32,000 nucleotides of DNA. Source: Vibrio vulnificus CMCP6 (GTDB lineage: Bacteria > Pseudomonadota > Gammaproteobacteria > Enterobacterales > Vibrionaceae). The stretch covers positions 2,091,127 to 2,123,126 of the forward strand of contig NC_004459.3 of NCBI RefSeq assembly GCF_000039765.1, written 5' to 3'. Shown here piece after piece: positions 18,838 to 31,273 of the stretch (positions are counted from its first letter, which is position 1; each line of letters opens with the position of its first letter). The notes beneath the pieces are model-generated. The model saw only the letters and a list, made by a program, of their open reading frames with translations, had not been told where the DNA came from and did no database searches. Made by a program: the position numbers and the translations under genes.

Positions 18838-20955
18838 ATGCGAACTCTTTCTGTTCAGTGGAAGATTACCCTGCTGTCGGGTTTCTGCTTGCTAATCACT
18901 TCTCTCTCTTTAATTGGCTTTTCTGTCTATAACGCGATTGCAAATCAACAGACGTTGAAGCAACAAAGCACCGCATCTGTTACCTCCAAATCAGAGCAAT
19001 TAGTGAAAACTCGTGCATTACTCAATGCTACTGAGGTTTCCGAGTTTCTGAATGAGTCGCTATATCGTGCTGAAATGTTAGCGGCGAGTGCTTTGTTTTA
19101 TAAGACCAATAGTGAAGAGAATTTTGGTGAGAGCGAAGTATTGCGCACTGCACTGGATGAAATGGTTCGTAAATCGGTCGTGAATTTCAAAACCATGCAA
19201 GGGGCTTATTTGGTTTTTAAACCCAATATGCTTGATGGTGAAGATGCCAATTATGTGAATGCAGAGTATGTGGGGTCTAATGAACGAGGCCAGTTTGCTC
19301 CTTACTGGGCCACGGCTAATAATGGCGAGAATGTCGTTGCGAATGTACTTTCGGAAGCGACTTTGAAATCGGATGAAAACGCTGAGCGTTTTTTGTGTCC
19401 TCTGAACTCAGCACAAGCGTGTATTACTTCCCCTCGCAAAATGACACAAGATGGTGGCAGCTTTTTGACCACCTCTTTGTCGGTTCCTATCCTCGTTGAT
19501 GGTGATCCAATCGGTTTTATGGGTATTGATGTGCGACTCGATTCTTTACTGCAAATCGCAAACGATTCCGATAGCAGCCTTTTTAATGGGCAGGGACACA
19601 TTAGCATTGTGAGTTTAGATGGCACTTTGATCGCCAGTGACGATCGCTCAAAAAGTATTGGTAGTGCTTTTGCCAGCTCCTACGTTTCAGCGAACACATT
19701 AACGGATTGGCTTTACAGTGGGGGAGAGCAAGTTTCATGGAGTGACGATGGCGAATGGCTACTTGTCTTTGCTCCCGTCGTCGTTGCCAACCAAACTTGG
19801 GGCGTGATCTTCGAAATGCCAAAATCGGCCGTACTCAAAGATGTCGAGACATTGGATCAAATCATCAGCGACAAGGTTTCCTCAGGCATTCAATTTGAGT
19901 TGCTGGTGGGGCTTGTATTAGTGGTGCTAGGGCTGTTTACCATCGCCTTTTCCGCCGCCAAGCTAGTGAAGCCGATCAAAGCCGTGGTGGACAGTTTACG
20001 TGACATTGAATCTGGTGAAGGGGATCTCACTCAGCGTTTAGTGGTGGGCAACAAAGATGAGATTGGCCAACTGGCAGAGAGTTTTAATGCTTTTTTAGAG
20101 AAACTGCAGCGAACCATTGGCAATGTGGCAAAAACGTCGCAACAGCTTGCTGAACAAACAGTGGGAGCCAAACGAGCAGCAGTGGCAACCCGCACTAGCA
20201 GCGAATCACAATTTAAAGAAGTCGATATGGTGGCCACGGCGGCTGAAGAGATGACACAAACCGCAAGTTTGGTTGTGCAAAATGCGGAAGTGGCGGTTGA
20301 GGCAGCGAATCGAGCCAGTCAATCCGCGAATAGTGGCCGTGAGGTCATTGAGCGTTCTGAACACGAGATGCTGAAGCTAGTGGAACAAATGACCCAAGCC
20401 GTTCCTGTGGTGGAAGAGTTGGCCCGCAACAATGGCAATATTACTGAGATCCTGACAGTCATTGAAGGCATTTCAGAGCAAACCAATCTTTTGGCACTCA
20501 ATGCGGCGATAGAAGCCGCTCGCGCCGGCGAACAAGGCCGTGGCTTTGCCGTGGTTGCAGATGAAGTTAGAAAATTGGCGAGCAGCACTCAAGATTCTGT
20601 AGCAGAAATTCGCACTGTGATTGCTCAAGTACAAAATGGCACCACAGCAGTGGTGGATGCCATCAAGCAAGGTAACGTGTTTGCTCAGCATACCGCGACA
20701 GAAGTACAAAATGCGGTTGAGCAACTGCAAAGTGTCTTTGAGTCGATCTCTGCAATTAATGATATGAACAGCCAGATTGTAAAAGCGGCTGAAGAACAGA
20801 TGGCGGTGTCTGCGGAAGTGAATCAGAGCGTGGTCAACATTCGCGATCTCAGCGGCCAGATTTTATCGCAAGCGCAAGAGTCACAATCGGCTGGTGAAAC
20901 GATTGAAGCACTCTCAGCAGAGCAGCAACAATTGATGGGTCAGTTTAAAGTGTGA
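18838..20955 (+). CDS. Methyl-accepting chemotaxis protein with a large extracytoplasmic (Cache-like) sensor
   Basis: 705 aa. Sensor region with [16 protein letters not shown] and [13 protein letters not shown], and signalling hairpin [39 protein letters not shown]. Confidence 0.94.
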   Translation: MRTLSVQWKITLLSGFCLLITSLSLIGFSVYNAIANQQTLKQQSTASVTSKSEQLVKTRALLNATEVSEFLNESLYRAEMLAASALFYKTNSEENFGESEVLRTALDEMVRKSVVNFKTMQGAYLVFKPNMLDGEDANYVNAEYVGSNERGQFAPYWATANNGENVVANVLSEATLKSDENAERFLCPLNSAQACITSPRKMTQDGGSFLTTSLSVPILVDGDPIGFMGIDVRLDSLLQIANDSDSSLFNGQGHISIVSLDGTLIASDDRSKSIGSAFASSYVSANTLTDWLYSGGEQVSWSDDGEWLLVFAPVVVANQTWGVIFEMPKSAVLKDVETLDQIISDKVSSGIQFELLVGLVLVVLGLFTIAFSAAKLVKPIKAVVDSLRDIESGEGDLTQRLVVGNKDEIGQLAESFNAFLEKLQRTIGNVAKTSQQLAEQTVGAKRAAVATRTSSESQFKEVDMVATAAEEMTQTASLVVQNAEVAVEAANRASQSANSGREVIERSEHEMLKLVEQMTQAVPVVEELARNNGNITEILTVIEGISEQTNLLALNAAIEAARAGEQGRGFAVVADEVRKLASSTQDSVAEIRTVIAQVQNGTTAVVDAIKQGNVFAQHTATEVQNAVEQLQSVFESISAINDMNSQIVKAAEEQMAVSAEVNQSVVNIRDLSGQILSQAQESQSAGETIEALSAEQQQLMGQFKV

Positions 20956-20982
20956 TGAAAGGAATCAAGCCTCTCGATCGAC

Positions 20983-21010
20983 AGTGCCAGTCATCTCGTT
21001 GACTGGCACT
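20983..21010. repeat. Perfect 11-bp inverted repeat between the convergent MCP and rsmS genes
   Basis: AGTGCCAGTCA TCTCGT TGACTGGCACT. No U tract on either strand. Confidence 0.7.
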
Positions 21011-21017
21011 AACGTGT

Positions 21018-21185
21018 TTACGCTTGACGATTGAGCTTTGACTCTAAATCTTGCTGGACAATTTTCAGTGCTGCTAGGGCCGTTGCAGCATCAACGTCAT
21101 TGCTTTCCAATAGATAGATCAAATCGACCGCCAGTTTAATTTCATCCGGTGCTTGTTCCAGTGGTGGAGGGGAAAGGTCATTCAT
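21018..21185 (-). CDS. rsmS: YbaM/RsmS-like small protein (DUF2496)
   Basis: [55 protein letters not shown] resembles E. coli YbaM. The track start (21245) is too long. Confidence 0.78.
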   Translation of the reverse strand: MNDLSPPPLEQAPDEIKLAVDLIYLLESNDVDAATALAALKIVQQDLESKLNRQA

Positions 21186-21730
21186 TACTGATTTTTCTCT
21201 CTGTATGTGATCTGATTTTCTATCTTTAGCATCGCTGCCTGGCAACGCGCTAATCGTTGCTCTGTTACCAATAACGCCTGTTGAGCTTGCGTACGAAGAA
21301 ATGCAGGTGCGGTATCGAGTTCTTTCTGCTTTTCCAACACCATTTCTTTTAGTCTACGCGTCCACTCTTGATGCTGTGCCAACTCTTGATACAACACATT
21401 GATTGGTTTGCGATAATGGCTAGCATGTTTGATTTCATTCTTGCGAATGGTGGTTGTAGAGAGCTCACGTTGAATCGCAGAGAACTGAGCAACCAACTGT
21501 TCTGTTAGATATTCAGCACGTTGGGTTGTGAGTCTCTGATCTTTTTGCTCTCTCAGTAACGCATCCAAAGTGGCTTTGGTCTCTTTAACGCAGGGCACTA
21601 AGAGGCGCGCTCGGCAAGCAAACAATCGCTCATCAAACAAAGGGGTGTGATGTTCGCCTCTTTGTCTGTCTAACTGAGCGGCCTGAACAGCAAGCTTATC
21701 AAGCCGCTGCGCAATATCTTGTAGTTTCAT
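21185..21730 (-). CDS. priC: Primosomal replication protein PriC
   Basis: [21 protein letters not shown]...[19 protein letters not shown] is the PriC signature. Its TAA overlaps the rsmS ATG by 1 nt. Confidence 0.85.
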   Translation of the reverse strand: MKLQDIAQRLDKLAVQAAQLDRQRGEHHTPLFDERLFACRARLLVPCVKETKATLDALLREQKDQRLTTQRAEYLTEQLVAQFSAIQRELSTTTIRKNEIKHASHYRKPINVLYQELAQHQEWTRRLKEMVLEKQKELDTAPAFLRTQAQQALLVTEQRLARCQAAMLKIENQITYREKNQ

Positions 21731-22509
21731 AGCGTGACAAACCAAGCTTCATAGGCCAGTTTCATGGCAAGAATACTGACGACAGTAACAAAAACCGGAC
21801 GAATAAACTTTGCGCCAAATCGAATCGCAGAGTGAGCACCCACAAATGCCCCTGCCATCAGGCAAACGCCCATGATTAATCCAAGCCCCCAGTTGATGTG
21901 CCCTAAGAAAGCGAACATGACCAACGAAGTTATGTTACTGGTAAAGTTCATGGCTTTTGCGAGGCCTGAGGCCAGAAGGATATTGAGTTTATAGAGTGCC
22001 ATTGAGCTGACGGTCCAGAAAGCGCCAGTGCCTGGTCCCGCGACACCATCATAAAATCCTAGTGTGGCACCTTGCACAAATTGCTTTTTATTCAGCATTG
22101 GGCATGGCTCGGGAGTGGTGCTGTTGTGTGCCGATTCGGGCGTTTTATGCCAAATGGTATAGATGGCTGCCGCTAAAATGATCAGTGGCAGTATTTTCTC
22201 TAACCACTCGGTGCTGATGGCATCGACAAAGAGTGTGCCCAATGTGGCACCTACCAAAGTAGCTGCAAATGCGCGAAGCCAGCACTGAGGCTTAAACAGG
22301 CGTTTGCGATAGTAAGTAAATGCGGCAGTAGAAGAGGCAAACGTCGCGGCAAGTTTGTTTGTTCCTAGTGCAATATGTGGCGGTAAGCCCAGTGAAAGAA
22401 GGGCTGGAACGGTGAGCATTCCCCCTCCACCTGCAACGGCATCGATAAATCCAGCGATGAAAGCAACCAAAGCAAGGACAACAAGCATGGTTGGTTCTAA
22501 TAATTCCAT
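21727..22509 (-). CDS. Sulfite exporter TauE/SafE family protein
   Basis: 260 aa with VAFIAGFIDAVAGGGGMLTVPALLSLGLPPHIALGTNKLAAT and GFYDGVAGPGTGAFWT. ATGA overlap with priC. Confidence 0.9.
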   Translation of the reverse strand: MELLEPTMLVVLALVAFIAGFIDAVAGGGGMLTVPALLSLGLPPHIALGTNKLAATFASSTAAFTYYRKRLFKPQCWLRAFAATLVGATLGTLFVDAISTEWLEKILPLIILAAAIYTIWHKTPESAHNSTTPEPCPMLNKKQFVQGATLGFYDGVAGPGTGAFWTVSSMALYKLNILLASGLAKAMNFTSNITSLVMFAFLGHINWGLGLIMGVCLMAGAFVGAHSAIRFGAKFIRPVFVTVVSILAMKLAYEAWFVTL

Positions 22510-22554
22510 AGGGTTAACGTTCTTCTAGTTATTAATTGTGTAATGCAGCAAGTT

Positions 22555-24630
22555 CTATTTTTCAATGATTCGTTTAAAAGGAGGCAGGGAGTCCAGAATC
22601 GCTTTACCATACCGCTTCGAAATCAACCTCTTGTCGAGGATGGTGACTGTACCAGAATCTCGCTCTTTGCGCAGTAATCGTCCTACCGATTGAATCATCT
22701 TCTTACTCGCCTCTGGGACAGTGATCTGCATAAATGGATTACCTCCACGAGACTCAATATATTCTGAATGCGCTTGTTCTACTGGTGAAGTTGGGACAGC
22801 AAAAGGTATTTTGGTGATCACCAAGTTTTCCAGAAGCTCGCCGGGCAAATCCAGCCCCTCTGAAAAGCTACCTGTACCAAAAAGAATGCTTGTTTCACCT
22901 TTTTCTACTAGTTCTTTATGTTTTTTTAGAATTTCAGTGCGTGATGTTTCGCCTTGCTTTTGCAAAGCCCATCCTCTTTTTACCAATTCTGTTGCTAAAC
23001 CTTCCGCAACTTGGTTCATTTGCCAATAAGAAGAGAATAAAACCAAGTTTGCCTGTTTGTCTTTTAAATACTTAGGCAAAATCTCGATAAGATATTCCGT
23101 AAACTGCGGTGCTTGCGGTTCGTATTTGAGGGCAGGTAGGTGCAACTCTGCTTGGTTTTGATAATCGAAAGGTGAGGCCAAAGCTAGGAATTGGACTCCC
23201 GATTCCTCACGCATATCAATGCCTGCTTGATGACAGAAATATTGAAATGAGTTCAGTGCTCTCATGGTTGCAGAAACCAACAATGCGCCGACGCAGCGAC
23301 TCCAGATTTGTTGGTCCAGCTGCCAGCCTACCTCTAAAGGAGAGACACTGACGATAACATCACCTTCGCGATCCGGATGTTTTTCAAGCCAGCGAGCAAG
23401 AGGCGCTCCTTTTTCACGGGTCGGTTCTGCCATCAATCGCCACACTTGTGACAGATTTTCAGTTCGTTGAATATAGAAACCCAATTCAGCCAAAGCGGGC
23501 TCGGCAGTTTTTGCGGAAAGTTCACCATCTTTAACACGTTCGGCGACGAGATCGGCAATTTTAGCGACCGCTTGATGGGCTTTCTGGCTGAAAATTTTGA
23601 GCTCTTTTGCCTGCTCTTCTAGCCACGAAGGGAGTTGGCCATGCTCAAATCGATAGGTGCCTTCCTCAAAATTCGCTGGGTCGAACTGTTTTGCAAGCTG
23701 TAGTAAAGAGGGAATCACTACTTGCACGGATTCTTGAAGCTCATTGCGAAAGCGGCTAACGCGTTTTTCATCCGCCAAGGCTGCAAACTTGCTGCTGTTT
23801 TGGTTTAAACGTTCTAACCAAGCGGCCGCGCCTTTAAGGCTAGATGCGGCAGAGGCATGATCTCGAGCAACGTGAGGAAGGTGGTGCGCTTCATCAAAGA
23901 CATAAATGGTATTTTCCGGTTCAGAGAGGATAACGCCGCCGCCCAAGTCTGCATCAGCCATGACTAAACTGTGATTGGCAATAATGACATCGTGCTTGTC
24001 GAGCTCTGAGCGTGCTTTTTGAAAAGGACAGTGGCGATGAATCGGCAGATTGTTGTTACAGCTATGTTTGTCGCTGACAATCAATTGCCAGAGGCTGTCA
24101 TCAATCGGTTTTGGCCAACTGTCTCTATCGCCATCCCATTTCCCCTTGGCTAAGCTCTGATACATCGTGGTTAACAGCTCTATGTCTTTCTTTTTGGGTT
24201 TTGTTTCAAACATCGCTAGCTGGCCACCGTCGACGCCACTGGCGCTAGCGAGTTTTTCGGCACAGCAATAGCGTTGTCTGCCTTTCGCTAAAACAAAAGA
24301 AAAGTTTAAGTCTGAAATTCTTCTGTACAAAGGCAGGTCTTTATTCAGCAATTGCTCTTGTAGAGCAACTGTTGCAGTTGAAATCACCACTTTACGGTTG
24401 TTAAGTACTGCCACTGGGATTGCAGCCATAAGGTAGGAGAGTGATTTCCCGATCCCCGTCCCGGCTTCCGCAACAAGAATGCGATTTTTTTTGTGATAGG
24501 AACCACAAAGTGTTTTTGCCATCTCCGCAACGAGATAGTTTTGCGCTCGGCGAGGAATAAAGTTTTCAAGCTGGTTTTGAAGGTTTTGATAGCTGGTGCG
24601 AATAGAACTTTGAATTTTACTGGTTAGCAT
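22555..24630 (-). CDS. dinG: ATP-dependent DNA helicase DinG
   Basis: VAEAGTGIGKSLSYLMAAIPVA, VFDEAHHLP, Cys cluster (RQRYCCAEK...KHSCNNNLPIHRHCPFQKA), QSVGRLLRKERDSGTVTILDKRL. Start chosen at MLTSKIQSSIRTSYQ. Confidence 0.92.
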   Translation of the reverse strand: MLTSKIQSSIRTSYQNLQNQLENFIPRRAQNYLVAEMAKTLCGSYHKKNRILVAEAGTGIGKSLSYLMAAIPVAVLNNRKVVISTATVALQEQLLNKDLPLYRRISDLNFSFVLAKGRQRYCCAEKLASASGVDGGQLAMFETKPKKKDIELLTTMYQSLAKGKWDGDRDSWPKPIDDSLWQLIVSDKHSCNNNLPIHRHCPFQKARSELDKHDVIIANHSLVMADADLGGGVILSEPENTIYVFDEAHHLPHVARDHASAASSLKGAAAWLERLNQNSSKFAALADEKRVSRFRNELQESVQVVIPSLLQLAKQFDPANFEEGTYRFEHGQLPSWLEEQAKELKIFSQKAHQAVAKIADLVAERVKDGELSAKTAEPALAELGFYIQRTENLSQVWRLMAEPTREKGAPLARWLEKHPDREGDVIVSVSPLEVGWQLDQQIWSRCVGALLVSATMRALNSFQYFCHQAGIDMREESGVQFLALASPFDYQNQAELHLPALKYEPQAPQFTEYLIEILPKYLKDKQANLVLFSSYWQMNQVAEGLATELVKRGWALQKQGETSRTEILKKHKELVEKGETSILFGTGSFSEGLDLPGELLENLVITKIPFAVPTSPVEQAHSEYIESRGGNPFMQITVPEASKKMIQSVGRLLRKERDSGTVTILDKRLISKRYGKAILDSLPPFKRIIEK

Positions 24631-24999
24631 ACTGTGACCCATGTTCAGACCCACGGATTCTAGCACACATCTCTAAGCGAGGCGTATCTCACGAAATTGG
24701 ATCCTTTTAATTTAAACCTAGATCTCCTTCACAAAAAAAAACTGAACCTTCATAAGGTTAGATTTAATTCATCAAATAAAAAATATAAACCGCCGCTCTG
24801 GGGGATTGTTAAGGGTTTTATTCTTAAGTTTGCCTTTATTTTTTAATATTTAAGGATTTTATTCCGAATATTTGCTTGTAACGATTTGTGTAAATTAGGC
24901 ATATTTTGCTTAGAAGTTACTCGAAAAAAAGCATGTAAACAATGCAAGTTGCTGTTTTTAAATGATTTGATATTTTTTTATGTTTGTTTTTTAGGAAAT

Positions 25000-25028
25000 T
25001 TGACAGTCAGAATAATCTTTTGCAATCT
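25000..25028 (+). promoter_or_regulatory. Candidate sigma-70 promoter for the porin gene
   Basis: TTGACA (25000-25005), 17-nt spacer, CAATCT (25023-25028). The -10 is weak. Confidence 0.3.
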
Positions 25029-25144
25029 AACAATCGAAATTTACAGGTGCTGGTTAGCTTTCTCAGGATAGGTAAATCAGTATCAAAAAAACAAAAGGGA
25101 ACCGGGCAAGGAACTCCCAAACTAAGAAAAGGCAGTGGATTATT

Positions 25145-26092
25145 ATGAAAAAGACTCTAGTAGCTCTAGCAGTTATGGCGGTTGCAGGCTCTGCAAACGC
25201 AGGTATCGAACTTTACAAGAAAGATGCTGTTTCTGTAACAATGGGTGGTGACATCGAAGTTGTTTACATAAAAGGTCTTAAAGATGGTTCTGAGCTTCAG
25301 CAAGAAATCCAAGACGCTGACGTAAGTTTTGATGTTCGTTACGCAGTAAACGACCAAGTACAGTTTGGTGGTTTCTGGGAATTCCAAGACTTGGGCGATA
25401 ACAAAGGCGACGCATACGTTGCTGCTTACGCTGGTGCACACACTTTCAAAGTTGGTAAACTATGTACCTCTCTTGACGACGCTGGCATTGGTAGTGACTA
25501 CCAATTTGGTCTAGAGACATTCTTCTCTGAGTCAGAAGTATACTGTGACAAAGAAGTTATGCGTTACGACTTCGATTCTGGTGATTTCTACGCAACTGCA
25601 GCTCTACGTCAGTTCCGTTTATCTGAAGATCTAAATAAAGATTCTAAATACTATGATGGCCGTATTGGTTACCGTGGTTTGAAAGATTTTGATTTCACTG
25701 CGTTTGTTGGTTCAGCTGACCTTGTAACTCATGATGAAACACTTTGGTCTCTACAGGCTCGTTACAACGGTGTAGAAAATCTTGGTTTAGCTGCAGCTTA
25801 CTACTCAATGGATAACGACACTGTAACTACAAGCACTATCGCTTTTGCAGCGACGTACAAACTAGATGTTGTTAAGTTAGCAGCTGGTGTTGCAGTTTCA
25901 GATTCAGATGAAGCTGGTGCAAAAGACGTTACTGGTTGGTACGTGAATGCTGGTTATCCTCTAGCTCCTAACGCAACTCTATATGCAGAAGTTGGTGCTA
26001 ACGATGCTTACTCAAATGTAGGTACAGAGCAAGCTCCAGTAATGAAGCAAAACGGTACTGGTTTCGCATTTGGTGTGAAAGCATCATTCTAA
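25145..26092 (+). CDS. Gram-negative porin family outer-membrane protein
   Basis: Signal peptide MKKTLVALAVMAVAGSANA, repeated beta-strand pattern, C-terminal GFAFGVKASF ending in Phe. Confidence 0.88.
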   Translation: MKKTLVALAVMAVAGSANAGIELYKKDAVSVTMGGDIEVVYIKGLKDGSELQQEIQDADVSFDVRYAVNDQVQFGGFWEFQDLGDNKGDAYVAAYAGAHTFKVGKLCTSLDDAGIGSDYQFGLETFFSESEVYCDKEVMRYDFDSGDFYATAALRQFRLSEDLNKDSKYYDGRIGYRGLKDFDFTAFVGSADLVTHDETLWSLQARYNGVENLGLAAAYYSMDNDTVTTSTIAFAATYKLDVVKLAAGVAVSDSDEAGAKDVTGWYVNAGYPLAPNATLYAEVGANDAYSNVGTEQAPVMKQNGTGFAFGVKASF

Positions 26093-26114
26093 TCCAAATG
26101 GATTTATTTATACT

Positions 26115-26144
26115 AAACACCCTCGAGAGAGGGTGTTTTTTTTT
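26115..26144 (+). terminator. Rho-independent terminator after the porin gene
   Basis: AAACACCCTC GAGA GAGGGTGTTT followed by T run. Confidence 0.9.
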
Positions 26145-26165
26145 GGATAATAACCGGAGATAGTT

Positions 26166-26789
26166 ATGCTTAGAGTACTAGGTTTAGCAGGCATGCTGAT
26201 GTCGTTCAATATTCACGCAGCGATGATCTCGCCAGTTTCTGGCGTGAAGATTCTATTTGCTAATGGAACGGAAGTGGATGAGCCTTTAGAGCCGATGGAA
26301 GTGGATGCCAAAAGCGCTCAACTTGTTGTTCGCTATGCAGCAGAGCTTGGCTCAGGTAGTAACCAAAAGGTTTTTGACTCCGCTCCTTTCGTCATAACCA
26401 TTGACAATCTCAGTGAAGATATCAAGTTGTATCCACCGAAAGTATTTAGTTATGAGCAAGCAAATCGTGAGTTCAACACATCACCTAAATGGCGCATTGA
26501 AGGCGTAAGTGGTAAAGAAATTTCCTACAGCCAAGAGAAGCTAAAAGGGAATGAAGGATTTATGCCGTACTATGGCATGGAAGCTCTAATCGCCAAGCAC
26601 AATGAAGAGCGAGGAATCGTATTTTCAGCAGGGGTTGTAAAAGCAGAGGTAGTAACAACGGATAAGATGGTCGAAAAGCCCGCTACCACTAAAAATGCAG
26701 ATGCATTAGTCCAACTCCAACACTGGTATAAACAAGCATCGACTGAAGAGCGCAAAGCTTTCCGCAAGTGGATGGTGGATCAAGAGTAA
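26166..26789 (+). CDS. DUF2057 / UPF0319 (YccT-like) family protein
   Basis: 207 aa with signal peptide and the pattern VKILFANGTEVDEPLEPMEVDAKSAQLVVRYAAELG plus C-terminal ALVQLQHWYKQASTEERKAFRKWM. Confidence 0.75.
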   Translation: MLRVLGLAGMLMSFNIHAAMISPVSGVKILFANGTEVDEPLEPMEVDAKSAQLVVRYAAELGSGSNQKVFDSAPFVITIDNLSEDIKLYPPKVFSYEQANREFNTSPKWRIEGVSGKEISYSQEKLKGNEGFMPYYGMEALIAKHNEERGIVFSAGVVKAEVVTTDKMVEKPATTKNADALVQLQHWYKQASTEERKAFRKWMVDQE

Positions 26790-26826
26790 TCGTATTTACG
26801 TTACTGCTTAAGTTAGGGCATTAGCC

Positions 26827-27531
26827 CTAACTTGGTAAGGAAATTTCCTTCCACTCGCCGGGTTGAAGATCTTGTAACGTCATTCCTCCCATCGAGTAAC
26901 GAACTAGCCTTAAAGTCGGGAAGCCAATATGGGCCGTCATGCGTCGCACTTGACGATTTCTTCCTTCAATAATCGTAATGGCTAGCCAAGTGGTGGGGAT
27001 TGCAGCACGAAATCGGACAGGGGGATTTCTTTCCCACAACTGAGGATCTTGGATAATCTCCACTTGAGCGGGTAACGTCAGCCCATCTTTCAGCTCAACA
27101 CCACGGCGAAGAGGTTCGAGTTGTGCCTCGGTCGGAGCGCCTTCTACTTGTACCCAATAGGTTTTAGGCGATTTGGATTTTGGCTGAGTCAGTTTGGCTT
27201 GCAGTATGCCATCATTGGTTAACACCATCAGGCCTTCACTGTCACGATCTAATCTTCCCGCAGCGTATACTTCTTTGACAGGAATAAAGTCTGCTAACGT
27301 TTTTCTACCTTCACCATCGGTAAATTGGCTGAGCGTGTCATATGGCTTATTGAAGATAATGATTTTACGTTCTGCTAACGACAAAGATTTTTTGCTCTGT
27401 TCATTGTTCTTCCGCTTTACACTATGTCTTTTTGGCGAGCCAACAGATTGAGCTTGTCCGCTTTGTTTAAATCGCTTGGTCGCTGTTTGCTTGTTCGAGC
27501 GTGGAGAAGTGCTGCTAGAACGGAATGACAT
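26827..27531 (-). CDS. rluE: 23S rRNA pseudouridine synthase E-like
   Basis: [69 protein letters not shown]. Confidence 0.87.
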   Translation of the reverse strand: MSFRSSSTSPRSNKQTATKRFKQSGQAQSVGSPKRHSVKRKNNEQSKKSLSLAERKIIIFNKPYDTLSQFTDGEGRKTLADFIPVKEVYAAGRLDRDSEGLMVLTNDGILQAKLTQPKSKSPKTYWVQVEGAPTEAQLEPLRRGVELKDGLTLPAQVEIIQDPQLWERNPPVRFRAAIPTTWLAITIIEGRNRQVRRMTAHIGFPTLRLVRYSMGGMTLQDLQPGEWKEISLPS

Positions 27532-27822
27532 GTTAAGTACCTTGCAAAAATGTAAATGAAGTGTGTGTATAAGTTTTAACTTTCGACGGAATCGGATATG
27601 ATCTGCGCGCCTTATACTAACAATAGCGCACAGAATAATAGACTATTTTGCGTAATTTGTTTAATTATAAACGTGCACTCATGGATTTAGAGAAACTAAC
27701 TCAAAGAGTAACAACAAAGAGTGCCAAACGGCGGTTTGCACTAGGGGAGATACTGATACTCAGTGAAAGTGCAAAGCGCGTCAATTCCACTCATCTCAGC
27801 TTGCTGAGGTGTTCAAAAATAG

Positions 27823-30057
<2,235 letters not shown>

Positions 30058-30060
30058 TGC

Positions 30061-30092
30061 AAAAAACAAAACCCGCCGAAAGGCGGGTTTTT
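30061..30092. terminator. Bidirectional terminator between the convergent icd and cspD genes
   Basis: AAAACCCGCC GAAA GGCGGGTTTT with T-rich flanks on both strands. Confidence 0.85.
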
Positions 30093-30143
30093 CAATAAGA
30101 GCTAAAGCGTTGCTTAAAAGTGAATTTTGTCGCAATACCAGTC

Positions 30144-30365
30144 TTACTTCGTTGCTTGTACTTCGAGTGGAACGACGCTGCTAGCGTGACACCCTTTCGG
30201 ACCTTTCTCAATCTCATACGTGACTTGTTGGCCCGCTTTCAGTGTACGATAACCGTCCATCTGAATCGTTGAGTAGTGGGCGAAGATGTCGCCTTCCTCT
30301 TGATCTGAACAGATAAAACCAAATCCTTTGGCGTTATTGAACCACTTTACTGTACCTGTAGCCAT
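30144..30365 (-). CDS. cspD: Cold-shock-domain protein CspD
   Basis: MATGTVKWFNNAKGFGFICSDQEEGDIFAHYSTIQMDGYRTLKAGQ; next to clpSA as in other gammaproteobacteria. Confidence 0.93.
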   Translation of the reverse strand: MATGTVKWFNNAKGFGFICSDQEEGDIFAHYSTIQMDGYRTLKAGQQVTYEIEKGPKGCHASSVVPLEVQATK

Positions 30366-30905
30366 GCTATACATCCCTCATGCATTTTGTTACTGATGTT
30401 GTTAGCCAATCTTTAGCCTGTGTAACAGACTGATGGCAAATTTGCTTTTAAGCTAAATTTAAGAATTTCGTGTGATGGATTTTTGGCAGTTAAACTTTTT
30501 TGCAAGTTTCGCGTTTTGCGAAGCGAAGCACTAAGTGAAGAAAAATTCATCAACACCAACCAATGTAGTCAATGATTTTGGCTAGTCAATAGTAAAAATG
30601 TATTAATAACAACATAATCGCAAACAGATCACTTTTGGGTTTAACATTTTTGCAAAAGTTTCTTTGTTGAGTGATTGAGCTTTTCCCTAAAATGAGTTGA
30701 CGTCTGATGGCAAAAGCATCAAACAGTTGCAGATAAATAGCCTTGTCTCATCTTTTTATTTGCAGCCTGCTGTGGCGTGAATTAGTCTCTAAGTAAGGGA
30801 AATTACACGCGAAGGCTAACTGACTACACCGAGCTTGGTGCTTATGGTAAAGTGTTTGCAGGTATCTGACTCTTTGTTGAAAGTCCCAAGTGTTTAATAG
30901 AAGCC

Positions 30906-31226
30906 ATGAGTAAAAATTTTGAATGGATCACTCCAGATTCGGATTTACTGGAGAAAGAAATAACCCAGATTCAACCGCCCAAGAAGTACAACGTGGTGCT
31001 AAACAACGATGATTACACCCCGATGGATTTCGTGATTGATGTTCTTGAGCGTTTTTTTTCGCATGATTTAGATAAAGCTACGCAGATCATGTTGAAAGTT
31101 CACTACGAAGGGAAAGCAATTTGTGGCACGTATAGTGCAGAGATTGCTGAAACGAAAGTAGCGCAGGTAACGATGTATTCAAGGGAAAATGAACATCCGT
31201 TGCTGTGTACGATGGAGCAAGCGTAA
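30906..31226 (+). CDS. clpS: ATP-dependent Clp protease adaptor ClpS
   Basis: 106 aa: [51 protein letters not shown]. Confidence 0.97.
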   Translation: MSKNFEWITPDSDLLEKEITQIQPPKKYNVVLNNDDYTPMDFVIDVLERFFSHDLDKATQIMLKVHYEGKAICGTYSAEIAETKVAQVTMYSRENEHPLLCTMEQA

Positions 31227-31273
31227 AGATAAGACTTGCTCGAGCAACCAAGTTGTTCTCACAGGAGGTACTT

